Source: Myxococcota bacterium (GTDB lineage Bacteria; Myxococcota_A; UBA796; UBA9615; JAKLKC01). Taken from it: a stretch of DNA of 64,000 nt. The position numbers and the translations under genes were made by a program. Shown here in pieces: positions 49,366 to 59,331 of this stretch (within the stretch, counting starts at the first letter, position 1; each line of letters begins with the position of its first letter). Below the pieces are notes generated by a model. It was not told the origin of the DNA. It searched no databases and saw only the letters and a program-made list of their open reading frames with translations. The DNA is taken from contig JAKLKC010000004.1 of the NCBI GenBank assembly GCA_023150875.1, forward strand, positions 15,993 to 79,992, written 5' to 3'.

Positions 49366-50571
49366 ATGCGGGAGAGCCAGGAGCCGGAGTTCGATCCCGA
49401 TCGTTGTTTCCGCGAGGTCCGGACACGGGTCCCCGCCTGGCTGCCACCGGTCGGGCGGCTCTCGTTGCGGCGCGACGTCACCCGGGAGACCCTCGGCGGC
49501 CTCGCGGTGGACGCGGAGCTTCAGCTCGACGCAGGTGCCCGGCCGGTCACCCTCTCCTTCCTGTTCCGGAAGGACGTCGACCAGGACCTCGTGGACTGGC
49601 TCGGGCGGATCCAGCTCGCGGGGGACGCGGAGCGGGAGCGGTGGGTGGTGGTGACGGAGCGCTGTCCGCGCCAGGCCCGTCACGACCTGCGGGAGCGGGG
49701 GCTCGGTTACCTGGACCTGCACGGAAACGCGTTCATCCAGGTGCCCGGGCTCGCCACCATCTACCACCAGTCCCAGTGGAGCCCGGCGCCGCCCCCTGGG
49801 CTCTCGGAGCGCTCGGTGGTGGGCGGGGACCTGCGGGTGACGGCGACCTGGCTCGAGGTCTCCGTGGTGCTGCTCCTGTCCGCGTGGCAGGAACGCGGGA
49901 TGCCCGACGTCGCCACCCTGGCCCGGTTGCTGGAACGCAGTCCCCTGGCCATCGGTTGGGCATACCGCGAGCTGGCGAGTCTCGGCTACGTGACGTGGGC
50001 CGGGTCCGGGGCTCCCCCCGGACTGGAGGATCCCGCCCGCCTCCTGGACGACCTCGTGGAGGCCGCGCGGTTCCGGAGGCTTCTCCAACGCCACTCCCGC
50101 GGCTATCGGTTCGCCGACCACGTCTCCGTGGACGAGCTGACGGTCACGTCGCTGGAGTTCCCCGCCGGGGAGTCGGGCTCGAGCACCCCGACCGGAGCCC
50201 AGCTCGTGCACGCGGGGCTGAGCGGCCGGGTGCCCTTCGCGTTCGGCGGGCAGACGGCGGCCCGTCGCCTCCTGGGGGTGGGCGGCACCCCCGATCTGCT
50301 GGTCTACGTGCCCGCGGACCAGGTCCTGCGCGCAAGGGACGTCCTGCGCCTCGAGGATCCCGGCCCCCGGGCTCCCCACGTGCGTCTGGCCCGCCCCTTC
50401 GCCTCTCCCCTGTGGTCCATCGACGGCTTCACCACGTCTCCCGCGGGGGCGGCGCGGCCCGCGTGTCCCGTGCTCAATCCCGTCCAGGTGGTGCTCGATC
50501 TCGCCCAGTCCGACGCCGACCGGGATCGGCGGGCCGCGGCTCGCCTGAGGGAGCGGCTGCTCGGGTACTGA
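49366..50571 (+). CDS. AbiEi-like (type IV toxin-antitoxin) antitoxin/transcriptional regulator
   Basis: LRERGLGYLDLHGNAFI, central wHTH, FGGQTAA, C-terminal PVQVVLDL..DRDRRAA.RLRE, as in AbiEi_2-type proteins. Confidence 0.7.
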   Translation: MRESQEPEFDPDRCFREVRTRVPAWLPPVGRLSLRRDVTRETLGGLAVDAELQLDAGARPVTLSFLFRKDVDQDLVDWLGRIQLAGDAERERWVVVTERCPRQARHDLRERGLGYLDLHGNAFIQVPGLATIYHQSQWSPAPPPGLSERSVVGGDLRVTATWLEVSVVLLLSAWQERGMPDVATLARLLERSPLAIGWAYRELASLGYVTWAGSGAPPGLEDPARLLDDLVEAARFRRLLQRHSRGYRFADHVSVDELTVTSLEFPAGESGSSTPTGAQLVHAGLSGRVPFAFGGQTAARRLLGVGGTPDLLVYVPADQVLRARDVLRLEDPGPRAPHVRLARPFASPLWSIDGFTTSPAGAARPACPVLNPVQVVLDLAQSDADRDRRAAARLRERLLGY

Positions 50572-50726
50572 CCGCCGGAGGCGGTGGGCCGGGGGCCCGG
50601 ATCCCGTCCGCGAGGTTGCGGCGGGCGCCGGGGTTGCTAGTCTGATGGAGAGATCGCGGGCGAATGTTCCTCTCCGCCCGCCCCCAGCCGCCCGCCGCGC
50701 GCCCCGCGGCCGCCACGGTCCGACCC

Positions 50727-51311
50727 ATGCCCATCCTCCCCATCTACGAGGTCCCCCATCCGATCCTGAAGCAGAAGGCGGCTCGGGTGGAGGTCGTCGA
50801 CGACGAGATCCGCAAGCTGATCGCCGACATGGCGGAGACCATGTACGCCGCCCCGGGCGTGGGGCTGGCGGCGCCCCAGGTGGGGGTCTCGAAGCGTGTT
50901 CTGGTGGCCGACGTCCCGGTGGGGGCGGACGGCGTTGCCGACGCCGGAGACGACTCCCGGCCCGAGTCCAGGGGGGCCGATCTCCTCGCCCTCGTGAACC
51001 CCGAGATCGTCGAGAGCCGCGGGGAGACCCGGTACGACGAAGGCTGCCTCTCGGTCCCGGACTTCGTGGAGCCGCTGAAGCGGTCGGCCGAGATCGTGGT
51101 GACGGGCCAGGACCGCGAGGGGGCATCGGTGCGGATCGTCGCCCGGGGCTTCTACGCGGTGGTGCTCCAGCACGAGATCGATCACCTGGACGGAGTCACC
51201 ATCCTCGACCGGGTCAGCAAGCTCAAGCGCAGCCTCTACCAGAGCCGCCGGGCCCGTGCGAAGGCCCGAGGCGACTCCAAGGCCGCCGAGCATCGTCCCG
51301 GCGCGATCTGA
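50727..51311 (+). CDS. def: Peptide deformylase
   Basis: GVGLAAPQVG, EGCLS, QHEIDHLDG. Confidence 0.98.
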   Translation: MPILPIYEVPHPILKQKAARVEVVDDEIRKLIADMAETMYAAPGVGLAAPQVGVSKRVLVADVPVGADGVADAGDDSRPESRGADLLALVNPEIVESRGETRYDEGCLSVPDFVEPLKRSAEIVVTGQDREGASVRIVARGFYAVVLQHEIDHLDGVTILDRVSKLKRSLYQSRRARAKARGDSKAAEHRPGAI

Positions 51312-51384
51312 GCCGGTGGCTCCTCGCCCCACCCCTCCGGACGCCGCCCCTGCGCCCGCCTTGAGGTTCGAGGATGCCCGGCCC

Positions 51385-52329
51385 ATGCGGGTGGTCTTCA
51401 TGGGCACGCCGGCGCTGGCGCTCCCGACCCTGGAGGCCCTGCTCTCCCGTCCCGATGAGTTCGACGTGGTGGGGGTGGTGACCCAGCCGGACCGGCCGGC
51501 GGGTCGGGGCCAGAGCTTGCGGAGTCCCCCGGTGGCGGCCCTCGCCACCCGCCTGGGACTTCCCCTGGCGCAGCCCAAGGGGGTGCGGGGGCCGTCCTTT
51601 CTCGGGACGCTGGCGGGGTGGGCCCCCGACGTCGCGGTGGTGGTGGCCTTCGGCCGCATCCTGCCCCGGACGGTGCTGGACCTGCCCCGCCTCGGCTGCG
51701 TCAACGTCCACGCCTCTCTGCTGCCGGCCTACCGGGGCGCGGGGCCCATCCAGAGGGCGATCCTGGACGGTCACCCGGTCACGGGGGTGACGACCATGTG
51801 GATGGACGAGGGGCTCGACACCGGCCCGATGCTGCTCCGGGCCGAGGAGGCCATCGGCGCCGGCGACACCGCCGCCTCCCTGGGCGAGAGGCTGGGCCAC
51901 CTGGGGGCACGGGTGCTGGTGGAGACGCTGCGGGCGATCCGGTGCGGCGGCGTGGTGCCGGAGCCCCAGGACCCCTCCCGGGCGAGCCTCGCGCCCCTCC
52001 TCCAGAAGGAGGACGGCCGCCTGGACTTCCGCCGGCCTGCCCAGGAGCTGGAGCGGGTGGTGCGGGGCACCTGGCCCTGGCCGGGGGCCTTCACGACGCT
52101 GGGGAGCCGGGTCCTGAAGGTCCACCGCGCGGCGGTACCGCCGGGCTTGGCCCCGCCGGGGACGGAGCCGGGCACGGTCCTGGCGGTGGGGGAACAGGGC
52201 CTGGACGTGGCCTGCGGCGAGGGCGTGCTCCGCCTGGCGGAACTGCAGCCCGAGGGGCGGCGGCCGATGGCCGCCTCCGCCTTTGCCAACGGGCACCCCG
52301 ATCTGCTAGGAAGCCGCCTGGGCGCGTGA
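51385..52329 (+). CDS. fmt: Methionyl-tRNA formyltransferase
   Basis: MRVVFMGTP, VTQPDRPAGRG, NVHASLLP.YRGAGPI, GLDTGP. Confidence 0.98.
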   Translation: MRVVFMGTPALALPTLEALLSRPDEFDVVGVVTQPDRPAGRGQSLRSPPVAALATRLGLPLAQPKGVRGPSFLGTLAGWAPDVAVVVAFGRILPRTVLDLPRLGCVNVHASLLPAYRGAGPIQRAILDGHPVTGVTTMWMDEGLDTGPMLLRAEEAIGAGDTAASLGERLGHLGARVLVETLRAIRCGGVVPEPQDPSRASLAPLLQKEDGRLDFRRPAQELERVVRGTWPWPGAFTTLGSRVLKVHRAAVPPGLAPPGTEPGTVLAVGEQGLDVACGEGVLRLAELQPEGRRPMAASAFANGHPDLLGSRLGA

Positions 52330-52393
52330 GGGACCGGAGCGCCCTCCCACCGGGCCCACCGTCCGCGGGGTCGTCCCCGAGGGAGGCATCGCC

Positions 52394-53104
52394 GTGACCG
52401 CGACCTCGAACCGGAGCTGGAAGATCGCCCCCTCGATCCTGTCGGCGGACTTCGCCCGCCTGGGGGAGGAGGTGCGCGCGTGCGAGGCGGCCGGGGCGGA
52501 CTGGGTCCACGTGGACGTGATGGACGGGAGCTTCGTCCCCAACATCACCATCGGCCCCCTGGTGCTGGAGGCCGCCCGGCGGTCGACCTCGCTGCCGATG
52601 GACGTGCACCTGATGATCGTGGAGCCCGAGCGGCACCTGCGCGCCTTCGCCGAGGCGGGCGCGAGCGTGATCACCGTCCACGCCGAGGCGTGCCCGCACC
52701 TGCACAACACCGTGCGGATGCTCAAGCACGACGAGCCTTACCGGAGCCTGGGGATCCGCGCGGGGGTGGCCCTGAACCCCCACACCCCCATCTCGGCCCT
52801 GGACTACGTCCTCCCGGACCTGGACCTGGTCGTGGTGATGACCGTCAACCCCGGCTGGGGTGCCCAGCCCTACATCCCCCGCACCCTTCGCAAGCTCGAG
52901 GAGCTGAGGGAGCGCTTCGCCCGCCTGGGCCTCACGGATCCCCCCCTCCTGGAGGTCGACGGCGGCGTCAAGGTCTCGAACGCACACGAGTTCGCCCTCG
53001 CCGACGTCCTGGTGTGCGGCTCCGGCCTCTTCCACTACCCGGACGGCACCTACGCCGACGCCGTGTCTGGCCTCCGCCGCCAGCTCGCCACCACCCTGAC
53101 CTGA
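52394..53104 (+). CDS. rpe: Ribulose-phosphate 3-epimerase
   Basis: IAPSILSADF, HVDVMDG.FVPNITIG, DVHLMI, MTVNPG, EVDGG. Confidence 0.97.
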   Translation: MTATSNRSWKIAPSILSADFARLGEEVRACEAAGADWVHVDVMDGSFVPNITIGPLVLEAARRSTSLPMDVHLMIVEPERHLRAFAEAGASVITVHAEACPHLHNTVRMLKHDEPYRSLGIRAGVALNPHTPISALDYVLPDLDLVVVMTVNPGWGAQPYIPRTLRKLEELRERFARLGLTDPPLLEVDGGVKVSNAHEFALADVLVCGSGLFHYPDGTYADAVSGLRRQLATTLT

Positions 53105-53141
53105 AAGCCGCGCCGCCGCCACGGCGGGGCCACCGCCCTCC

Positions 53142-53170
53142 TTGACACCCGCCCTCCCACCCCCTATCCT
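53142..53170 (+). promoter_or_regulatory. Sigma70 promoter of tRNA-Pro(CGG)
   Basis: TTGACA-N17-TATCCT. Confidence 0.8.
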
Positions 53171-53211
53171 CCCTCGCGCCTCGCGGCCCCACGCGGTCCG
53201 CGTCGCCTCAT

Positions 53212-53288
53212 CGGGGCGTAGCGCAGCCTGGTAGCGCACCTGCTTCGGGAGCAGGGAGCCGGAGGTTCAAATCCTCTCGCCCCGACCA
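53212..53288 (+). tRNA. tRNA-Pro(CGG)
   Basis: Anticodon arm CCTGC-TT-CGG-GA-GCAGG; CCA end. Confidence 0.98.
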
Positions 53289-53296
53289 CTGAAGAA

Positions 53297-53341
53297 GCAA
53301 AGGGGTTCCGGGTACTTTGCCCGGGACCCCTTTGTTGCTTT
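53297..53341 (+). terminator. Intrinsic terminator, probably bidirectional
   Basis: GCAAAGGGGTTCCGGGTA-CTT-TGCCCGGGACCCCTTTGT followed by a T-rich tail. Confidence 0.8.
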
Positions 53342-53431
53342 CGAACAGGCGGCCCTTGCGGCCGACCCTCGGCTGGCGCCCAACACCGTGGATGCACCGC
53401 GCCGCCGGGTTGACCGGCGCGGAGAGGTGGG

Positions 53432-54637
53432 CTAGCCGCCCAGCGGATCGATGCTGGTTCGACGCCCGAGGTACTGCCTGAACTTGGGCGCCGTATACTC
53501 ATACTCCCCCTTCCGGATCCGGTAGAGGACGCCGGCCTCGACGAGGCGGCCGAGGAGGACGTTGACGTTGCCCGGCGTCTTGTCCACATGGGTATTGAGA
53601 TTCGCCGTCCGCACCGGCGGATACGGGCATCTTGCCGTGGCGAGTAGGACATCCTGCTCGGCGGGAGTGAGTGTCGACACCCGAGGCTCGTAGAAGTCAA
53701 TGTCCAGGCGCCGGTAGATTTCCGGGGTCGTCGCATCCAGCAGTGGGGGGTCGAACGTAGTGCGCCCGACGTACCGAGCTGCGTCCCAAAGCTCTGCGCC
53801 CCAGAGCTGAATGAAGTAGGGATATCCCTCGACCTCCTCCACCACCCGCCGGACGACTTCGTCATCGATCTGCATGGACCGCGATTCCAGGGGCCTCGAG
53901 AGCGCGGCGGCCGCCTCGACCGGAGGCAAGCGACCTAACTCCTCACCCCTGAACATTCGTTCCGTGTACGAGCGGGCCCGGAGCAAATTGCCGGTGAGCG
54001 TGGGCAGGCCACAGAGGACGAGCCCCACTGGAAGCTCCAGGCGTTGAAGCGCGGATATCGCGGTAATCAGGAGGGATAGCGGGTGCTCTCCCCGCCGATC
54101 CCGTTCGTCCCTGATCACCTGGGCCTCGTCCAGTAGAAGCACCAAGCCCTCTCTGCCATGCTCCGCTGCGGTGCGCACGCCGTCAAGCAGGCACCGCGCC
54201 AGGTCGACAGAGCCACCGATGGAGCCAGCCCCGAGGGTGATGGTGATGTCGTTGTAGGTGACGCCTACGGAGGCCAGCGCGCCCCGGGTCACGGTCCCCA
54301 GCGAATGCTTGATTCGCTCCATGGTCGAGATGCGGCGTTGGGCCTCCTGGACGAGTGCGATGACTGCTCGCGCCATCCCTTCGTCGTGGTTGTGGCCGGG
54401 ACCGAATTCCAGCGAGCAGGGTTCCCAGCCCGCCTCCTGCGCGACCTCCGCAAGTCGGGCCAGGAGCACCGTCTTGCCCACCCCGCGCAGCCCTGTGAGG
54501 CGTGTATTCGCCGGGACCGCCGGGGCAGACCGAAGCGTGGCAAGAAACCGACGCTGCGGCGCGTCGCGACCGGCGAGATAGGCCGGTCTGGTCCCGACCC
54601 CCGGCCGGTAGGGATTCCGTCCCGAAAGTTCAGACAT
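53432..54637 (-). CDS. AAA-family P-loop ATPase (AAA_16-like) with C-terminal winged helix
   Basis: NPYRPG.G..P.YLAGRD, TGLRGVGKT, LLLDEAQ, SYTERMF, GYPYFIQ, RLVEAGVLY. Confidence 0.9.
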   Translation of the reverse strand: MSELSGRNPYRPGVGTRPAYLAGRDAPQRRFLATLRSAPAVPANTRLTGLRGVGKTVLLARLAEVAQEAGWEPCSLEFGPGHNHDEGMARAVIALVQEAQRRISTMERIKHSLGTVTRGALASVGVTYNDITITLGAGSIGGSVDLARCLLDGVRTAAEHGREGLVLLLDEAQVIRDERDRRGEHPLSLLITAISALQRLELPVGLVLCGLPTLTGNLLRARSYTERMFRGEELGRLPPVEAAAALSRPLESRSMQIDDEVVRRVVEEVEGYPYFIQLWGAELWDAARYVGRTTFDPPLLDATTPEIYRRLDIDFYEPRVSTLTPAEQDVLLATARCPYPPVRTANLNTHVDKTPGNVNVLLGRLVEAGVLYRIRKGEYEYTAPKFRQYLGRRTSIDPLGG

Positions 54638-54992
54638 GACGATGAATGTTTAAAGATCGCCGAATTCAAAGTCAAGCTCCTTGTAAGGGCATCTTCGAGC
54701 GGCATGAGGACGCCCGGACTTCGAGGACACGTGGCACGCACTCGGGCGCGGCGGCGGCGATCCCGTTCGAAACTCGTCCGATGAGCCCGACCATCGAAAT
54801 AGCAGAGTCGTCGACGCCGGCCCGCTGGTACTTACGGGCGGCCACCCGGTGCCCGCAGTCGAGCACGTCGTACTCGACGAGCCCGGCCGCTGGGCTCCAT
54901 CCTCCATTGGTCGACCACCTGGTCGACGGCGCCGTCGAAGTAGACCTGGATTCCGCGGCTCGTCCTGTGGAGCACTCCGAGGAGTTCGCAGC

Positions 54993-55027
54993 GAGATATC
55001 GTGATAGAGTAGATGTCATGATTTCTC
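54993..55027 (+). promoter_or_regulatory. Inverted repeat overlapping the TetR start, probable operator
   Basis: GAGATATCGTGATA-N7-TGTCATGATTTCTC (11 of 14 positions symmetric), AT-rich. Confidence 0.6.
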
Positions 55028-55728
55028 CTCTTCTCGACCTCGCGGTCACCCTCACCCGCCAGACCGGCCGCGCCCCCACCCTGGCTGAGCTGGCGGACGC
55101 CGCGGGCGTGTCCCGTGCCACGGTGTACCGGACGTTCGCCAACCAACAGGGGCTCCTGGAACAGCTCCAGGCACGAGGCGAAGCGGTGCCCGAGCAGAGC
55201 CGGGCCGTGTTCGAGGCTGTCCGCTCCGTGATCCTCGAGCACGGACTGGACGGCTTCTCGCTGGACACAGTGGCACGACGCGCCGGGGTGTCCGTCGCTA
55301 CCCTGCACCGCCGTCACCGAGGGCGTGACGAGCTGCTCTTCACGTTCTTCGACCAGCTCTCCCCGCGCACGGAGGCATGGCGGCTCGGAGCCGACGGAAA
55401 CGCAGAGGAGGTGCTCGCGACCTTCGCGACGCAGATCTCCGAGTGGATCTCCGCGAACGCCGCGCTGCTGGTCGCCGCGTTCTCCAGTTCGCCGCGGACG
55501 CGGAGCCGGCTCCTGTCGCTTCGCGCGGCGGACGTCGGCACGCAAGAGGCGCTCGCCGAGTGGCTCCGCCTTCGGGGAGAAGCATCGGGGCGACCCGTCC
55601 CGGACCCTCTCCGCGCCGCCCGAGCCTTCCTCGGTGCGGTGCTCGGGCTCAGCGCCGCCGGCCCGCTGACGGAGGATGGGGCGCGGTGGTGGGCACGCAC
55701 CTTCCTCGCTGGCTTGGGGTTGGCGTGA
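55018..55728 (+). CDS. TetR-family regulator with two tandem HTH domains
   Basis: TLAELADAAGVSRATVYRTF and SLDTVARRAGVSVATLHRRH. Confidence 0.85.
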   Translation: MISPLLDLAVTLTRQTGRAPTLAELADAAGVSRATVYRTFANQQGLLEQLQARGEAVPEQSRAVFEAVRSVILEHGLDGFSLDTVARRAGVSVATLHRRHRGRDELLFTFFDQLSPRTEAWRLGADGNAEEVLATFATQISEWISANAALLVAAFSSSPRTRSRLLSLRAADVGTQEALAEWLRLRGEASGRPVPDPLRAARAFLGAVLGLSAAGPLTEDGARWWARTFLAGLGLA

Positions 55729-56330
55729 TCTCGCGGACCGTCGACCTGGGCGGCAAGGCCCGCGGCTTGGACCGCCTCCGCGAGCGGGGGTTCGCGGTGC
55801 CACCCTACGTGGTCGTCCCCCCGGGCGGCGGCGTGGCAGCCCCGGGCCCCGGCCCCTGGGCGGTCCGTTCCTCCGCGCTCGACGAGGACGGCGCCGAGCG
55901 CTCGCATGCCGGGCAATACCTCACCCGCCTCGGCGTGCCCGAAGCCGATCTCGCCGCCGCGGTCGCCGAGGTTTCGGCCTCGGGGGATCCGCCGCTCGCG
56001 GCCATCGTGCAGACGATGGTGCGCGCGGAGCTCGCCGGGGTCGTCTTCACGGCCGACCCGCGCAGCGGGGACGTTGACGTCGTGGTGGTCGAGTGGGTCG
56101 AGGGCCTGGGCGAGGACCTGGTCTCGGGGCGGGCGAGCCCACACCGCCCGGAGCGTACTTCCGCCTGAACGTGGTCGTCTCGTGGCTCCTGGCGCTCCCA
56201 GGGTTGCGGTGGATCTCGCCCGCCCGGCTCGGCGGGCTCCTCGGCGGCAGCGAGGCCGAGATCGGCGCCGCGGTCGCGCGCCTGCGCCCCCGCGACCTGC
56301 CGTCTGCCGCGCTCTCCGCGAAAACGGTGC
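55725..56330 (+). pseudogene. N-terminal fragment of a PEP synthase/rifamycin phosphotransferase-like enzyme
   Basis: LGGKA, WAVRSSA.DEDG..SHAGQY, IVQTMV..AGVVFT, GLGEDLVSG; stop at 56168 with apparent continuation in another frame. Confidence 0.75.
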
Positions 56331-56414
56331 TCGCGGCTGGGCTCGGGTTGGGAGGTCCTCGGCGTACGCGCCCCGGCGGGGTCCCATCGGGGGCGACCGG
56401 CTCCCGGTGCGCTC

Positions 56415-57155
56415 CTACGGGCACTCCGGGTCCCGCGGGACGCCGGGGGTCTCGTCCGGGCACCCGCAATGGACTTCCCGCGACGTCACGTACCGCTCGC
56501 CGTTCCAGGCCAGGTACATCACCGTGCCCGCCAGGCCGGCGCATCCGTTCTTGCCCCATGCCTTGAGCAGGTGCAGCCCCTCCTTGGACTCGGGGAGGAC
56601 CTGGAGCGACTCGGCCTCAGCCCAGACCATGCCCCCATACCGGACGCACCCGCGGTTGGACAGGTAGAGAAGGTGCGGGTTGCTTGCCGTCCCCAGGAAC
56701 CCCTCCACCAGGAGATGCTCGGGCGTTCCGTCCCCGTCCACATCCGCGAGTCCCTCGCGAGAGAACCGCGAAGGATCGGTCGTGTCTTCCCCCCGGCCCT
56801 CCCGCTGGAGGTCGGCGCGGAGTTGCTGCACTGCGTGTTCGAGGGGGTCCGCGATGCACCCCCGGGTCGCCGGGGCGGGGGCGTCCGCGGGCACCGGCAC
56901 CGGAGAGGCCGGCGAGGGGGGCGGAGGATCGCTGGCGACGGGGACGGGTGACCCTGCCGAGGGTGGGGCGGCCGTCCCGGAGGCGGGGGGCACCTCCGCA
57001 CGCTCCGGTCCAGGCCCAGGAGCCTCCCCGGAGCACGCGACCAAGGAGAGGGCGGACAGCACGGAGAGCAGCGCAGCCCGCCCCTCCCACACTGAGACAC
57101 GAGACGGCAGCGACACGGCGCCCACCCTGGACTCAGGCCCCGAAACCGATCGCAC
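56415..57155 (-). CDS. Hypothetical lipoprotein
   Basis: LSALSLVAC lipobox, Pro-rich linker, DVDGDGTPE loop; start position uncertain. Confidence 0.7.
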   Translation of the reverse strand: MRSVSGPESRVGAVSLPSRVSVWEGRAALLSVLSALSLVACSGEAPGPGPERAEVPPASGTAAPPSAGSPVPVASDPPPPSPASPVPVPADAPAPATRGCIADPLEHAVQQLRADLQREGRGEDTTDPSRFSREGLADVDGDGTPEHLLVEGFLGTASNPHLLYLSNRGCVRYGGMVWAEAESLQVLPESKEGLHLLKAWGKNGCAGLAGTVMYLAWNGERYVTSREVHCGCPDETPGVPRDPECP

Positions 57156-57549
57156 GGACCTTCACCTTGTACACCGCGGCGCTCTGGTTCGGACTCCCCC
57201 GGCACACGCTCTGGACGGTGACCTCGAACCCGCCGTCGTAGCCGCCGTTTACGCCGTCCATGGGGGAGACTTCAACTACGGCATCGTGGGGTCGTCGCCG
57301 AGGGTGAAGACCCCGCCGATGCCGTTGAGAGGACAGGACGGTCGAGCGCTCGTCGCGCCGATCCGTTGCGGTACGTTACCCCCGTCGCCGGACCGATCAA
57401 GACGGGAACGGGCTCGGGGCGGGGACGCCGAGGTCGAGCCACGCCCCTTCGTCCCCACCACCCCGGATTGTGGCGTGGAGATCGAGGCGATGGGACGTAT
57501 CATCCTCTGGCCGGCGCGTCGATGCGGCGCCCGGAAGGGGGGCCCCAGC

Positions 57550-59331
57550 GTGCGCGCCTCGCCCTCGTCTCGCGTCCTCACGCTGAGCGGCCTCGTCTTC
57601 GTCCTGACGGGGGCGGCGGCCTCCGCTCAGCCCCCGGCCCCGTGCGCCGAAGGCGGTGCCGTCGGGGAACCGTGCCGTTCCACCGGGGGCATCGGTGTCC
57701 GGCTCGAGAAGGTCGCGTCCGGGATCGCCGTGTTGGCCGTCTTCGAGGGGCAGTCCGCCCACGCGGCCGGGCTCCAGGCGGGCGACGTCATCGTTCGCGT
57801 CGCCGGCGTCGACGTCGCTTCCCAGTCGCTCGGCGAGGCGGTCAGCCGGATCACGGGGCCCGCGGGGACCTCGGTGCGGATCGAGGTGGTGCGGGGAGGC
57901 GGACGCCTGGTCTTCGACGTGACCCGGCGCGCCGTCGATCTCGGGACCGCGGGGATCGTCTGTGTCGAGGGGGAGTGTGTCCACGGTGAGGGGGTCCAAC
58001 GGGACGCCCAGGGCGTGGTGCGCCGAGGCACCTTCTCGGGGGGCTTCCTCAACGGGTCGGGACGGATGGAGTGGCCCGACGGCCGGGTGATCGAGGGGAC
58101 GTTCAAGGCCGGAGTGCTGTCGGGGCAGGGCCGGCTCGCCCAACCCGACGGGACGGTGTTCACGGGGAGCTTCGTCGGCGGGATGCGCCACGGGACCGTC
58201 CGGACCACCCACCCCGACGGCGCGTGGACCGAGGACCGCTGGGCCGAGGACCGCCTCGCCGAGGCCCTGCGATACGGTGGCCCCGGCTTCACCTGCGAGC
58301 GGGGAGACTGCTTCGACGGCCAGGGTTCCGTGCTCTGGGCGAACGGGGACTCTTGGGAGGGAGCGTTCCGCAACGGTGCGATGGCAGGGGTGGGCGTCCA
58401 CCGGACGAAGGAGGGTCGGCGCTGCGAGTTGACGTTCACCAGCGACGTGGACCAGCGGGGGCGCTGCACCTGGCCGGACGGGGGCCGCTACGAGGGCACC
58501 CTCAGGGGAGTCGTGCTCCACGGCAGCGGGACCTACACGGCGCCGGACGGGCGCGTCTACCGCGGCGAGTTCCGGGACGGCGCGCGGCACGGGCGGGGGA
58601 CCTTCCGCTGGCCGGAGGGCATCGTGCGCGACGCGCTCTGGGACGATGGGCAGACGACGGGTGCGTTCACGCAGACCTGGCCCGACGGACGTCGCTACGC
58701 GGGCACCCTCGATTGGGGCGTCACCACCTGGCCCGACGGACGCCGGTACGAGGGCAAGCACTCCGAGGGTGTGGCGCCGGAGGAGGCGAGCACCGGGGGG
58801 AGATCGCCGCAGGACCGGGCGCCGACGGGAACGCAGGCACCTGCCGCGAGCTCGGGACCGGTCGTCGCTCCGGCCCTGCCCCCCCGCGGAGGATTGCCCC
58901 GGGGTCGAGAGGTCGCAGGCGAGCTTCCGCCCCCCAGCCCCGGCCGGGCTCCGGACAAGAAGAACTGGGCGTACTTCGCCGCGCTGATGCGAGGCACCGG
59001 GCTGAAGGTCGACTTCCCGCAGACGGACATCCAGCGCGCGAGCCGCGGCAAGGCGGCCACGGTCTATACGCTCGCGACCGGCAGCTACGATCAGTGCGCG
59101 ACGCGGGGGATGTGGATCCTCGCGGTGTTCGTGGCCGAAGGCCCCGTGCCCAGGGCCCAGTCGGTCGCGGTGATCTGCGAGGGCGGCCTCACCGCGGAGG
59201 TCCGGTACGACGGGGCGTCCGGATCGCTGCGGATGTACAGGGGGGAGCCCCTCGTCGCCGAGTTCCCCTGGCGCCCCGGGCCCGAGTTCGACCGCGCCGT
59301 CGCTGCCTGGTGGGGGTGGTTCTCGCCATGA
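57550..59331 (+). CDS. Exported PDZ domain + MORN repeat protein
   Basis: Signal peptide; GGIGV..SAHAAGLQAGDVIVRV.G..ITGPAGTSV (PDZ); repeats such as WPDGGRYEG and YRGEFRDGARHGRG; CVEGEC and CERGDC caps. Confidence 0.85.
   Translation: MRASPSSRVLTLSGLVFVLTGAAASAQPPAPCAEGGAVGEPCRSTGGIGVRLEKVASGIAVLAVFEGQSAHAAGLQAGDVIVRVAGVDVASQSLGEAVSRITGPAGTSVRIEVVRGGGRLVFDVTRRAVDLGTAGIVCVEGECVHGEGVQRDAQGVVRRGTFSGGFLNGSGRMEWPDGRVIEGTFKAGVLSGQGRLAQPDGTVFTGSFVGGMRHGTVRTTHPDGAWTEDRWAEDRLAEALRYGGPGFTCERGDCFDGQGSVLWANGDSWEGAFRNGAMAGVGVHRTKEGRRCELTFTSDVDQRGRCTWPDGGRYEGTLRGVVLHGSGTYTAPDGRVYRGEFRDGARHGRGTFRWPEGIVRDALWDDGQTTGAFTQTWPDGRRYAGTLDWGVTTWPDGRRYEGKHSEGVAPEEASTGGRSPQDRAPTGTQAPAASSGPVVAPALPPRGGLPRGREVAGELPPPSPGRAPDKKNWAYFAALMRGTGLKVDFPQTDIQRASRGKAATVYTLATGSYDQCATRGMWILAVFVAEGPVPRAQSVAVICEGGLTAEVRYDGASGSLRMYRGEPLVAEFPWRPGPEFDRAVAAWWGWFSP

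Noticed and set aside
50727..53104. Absence of rsmB between fmt and rpe
   Set aside because: Ordinary gene-order variation.
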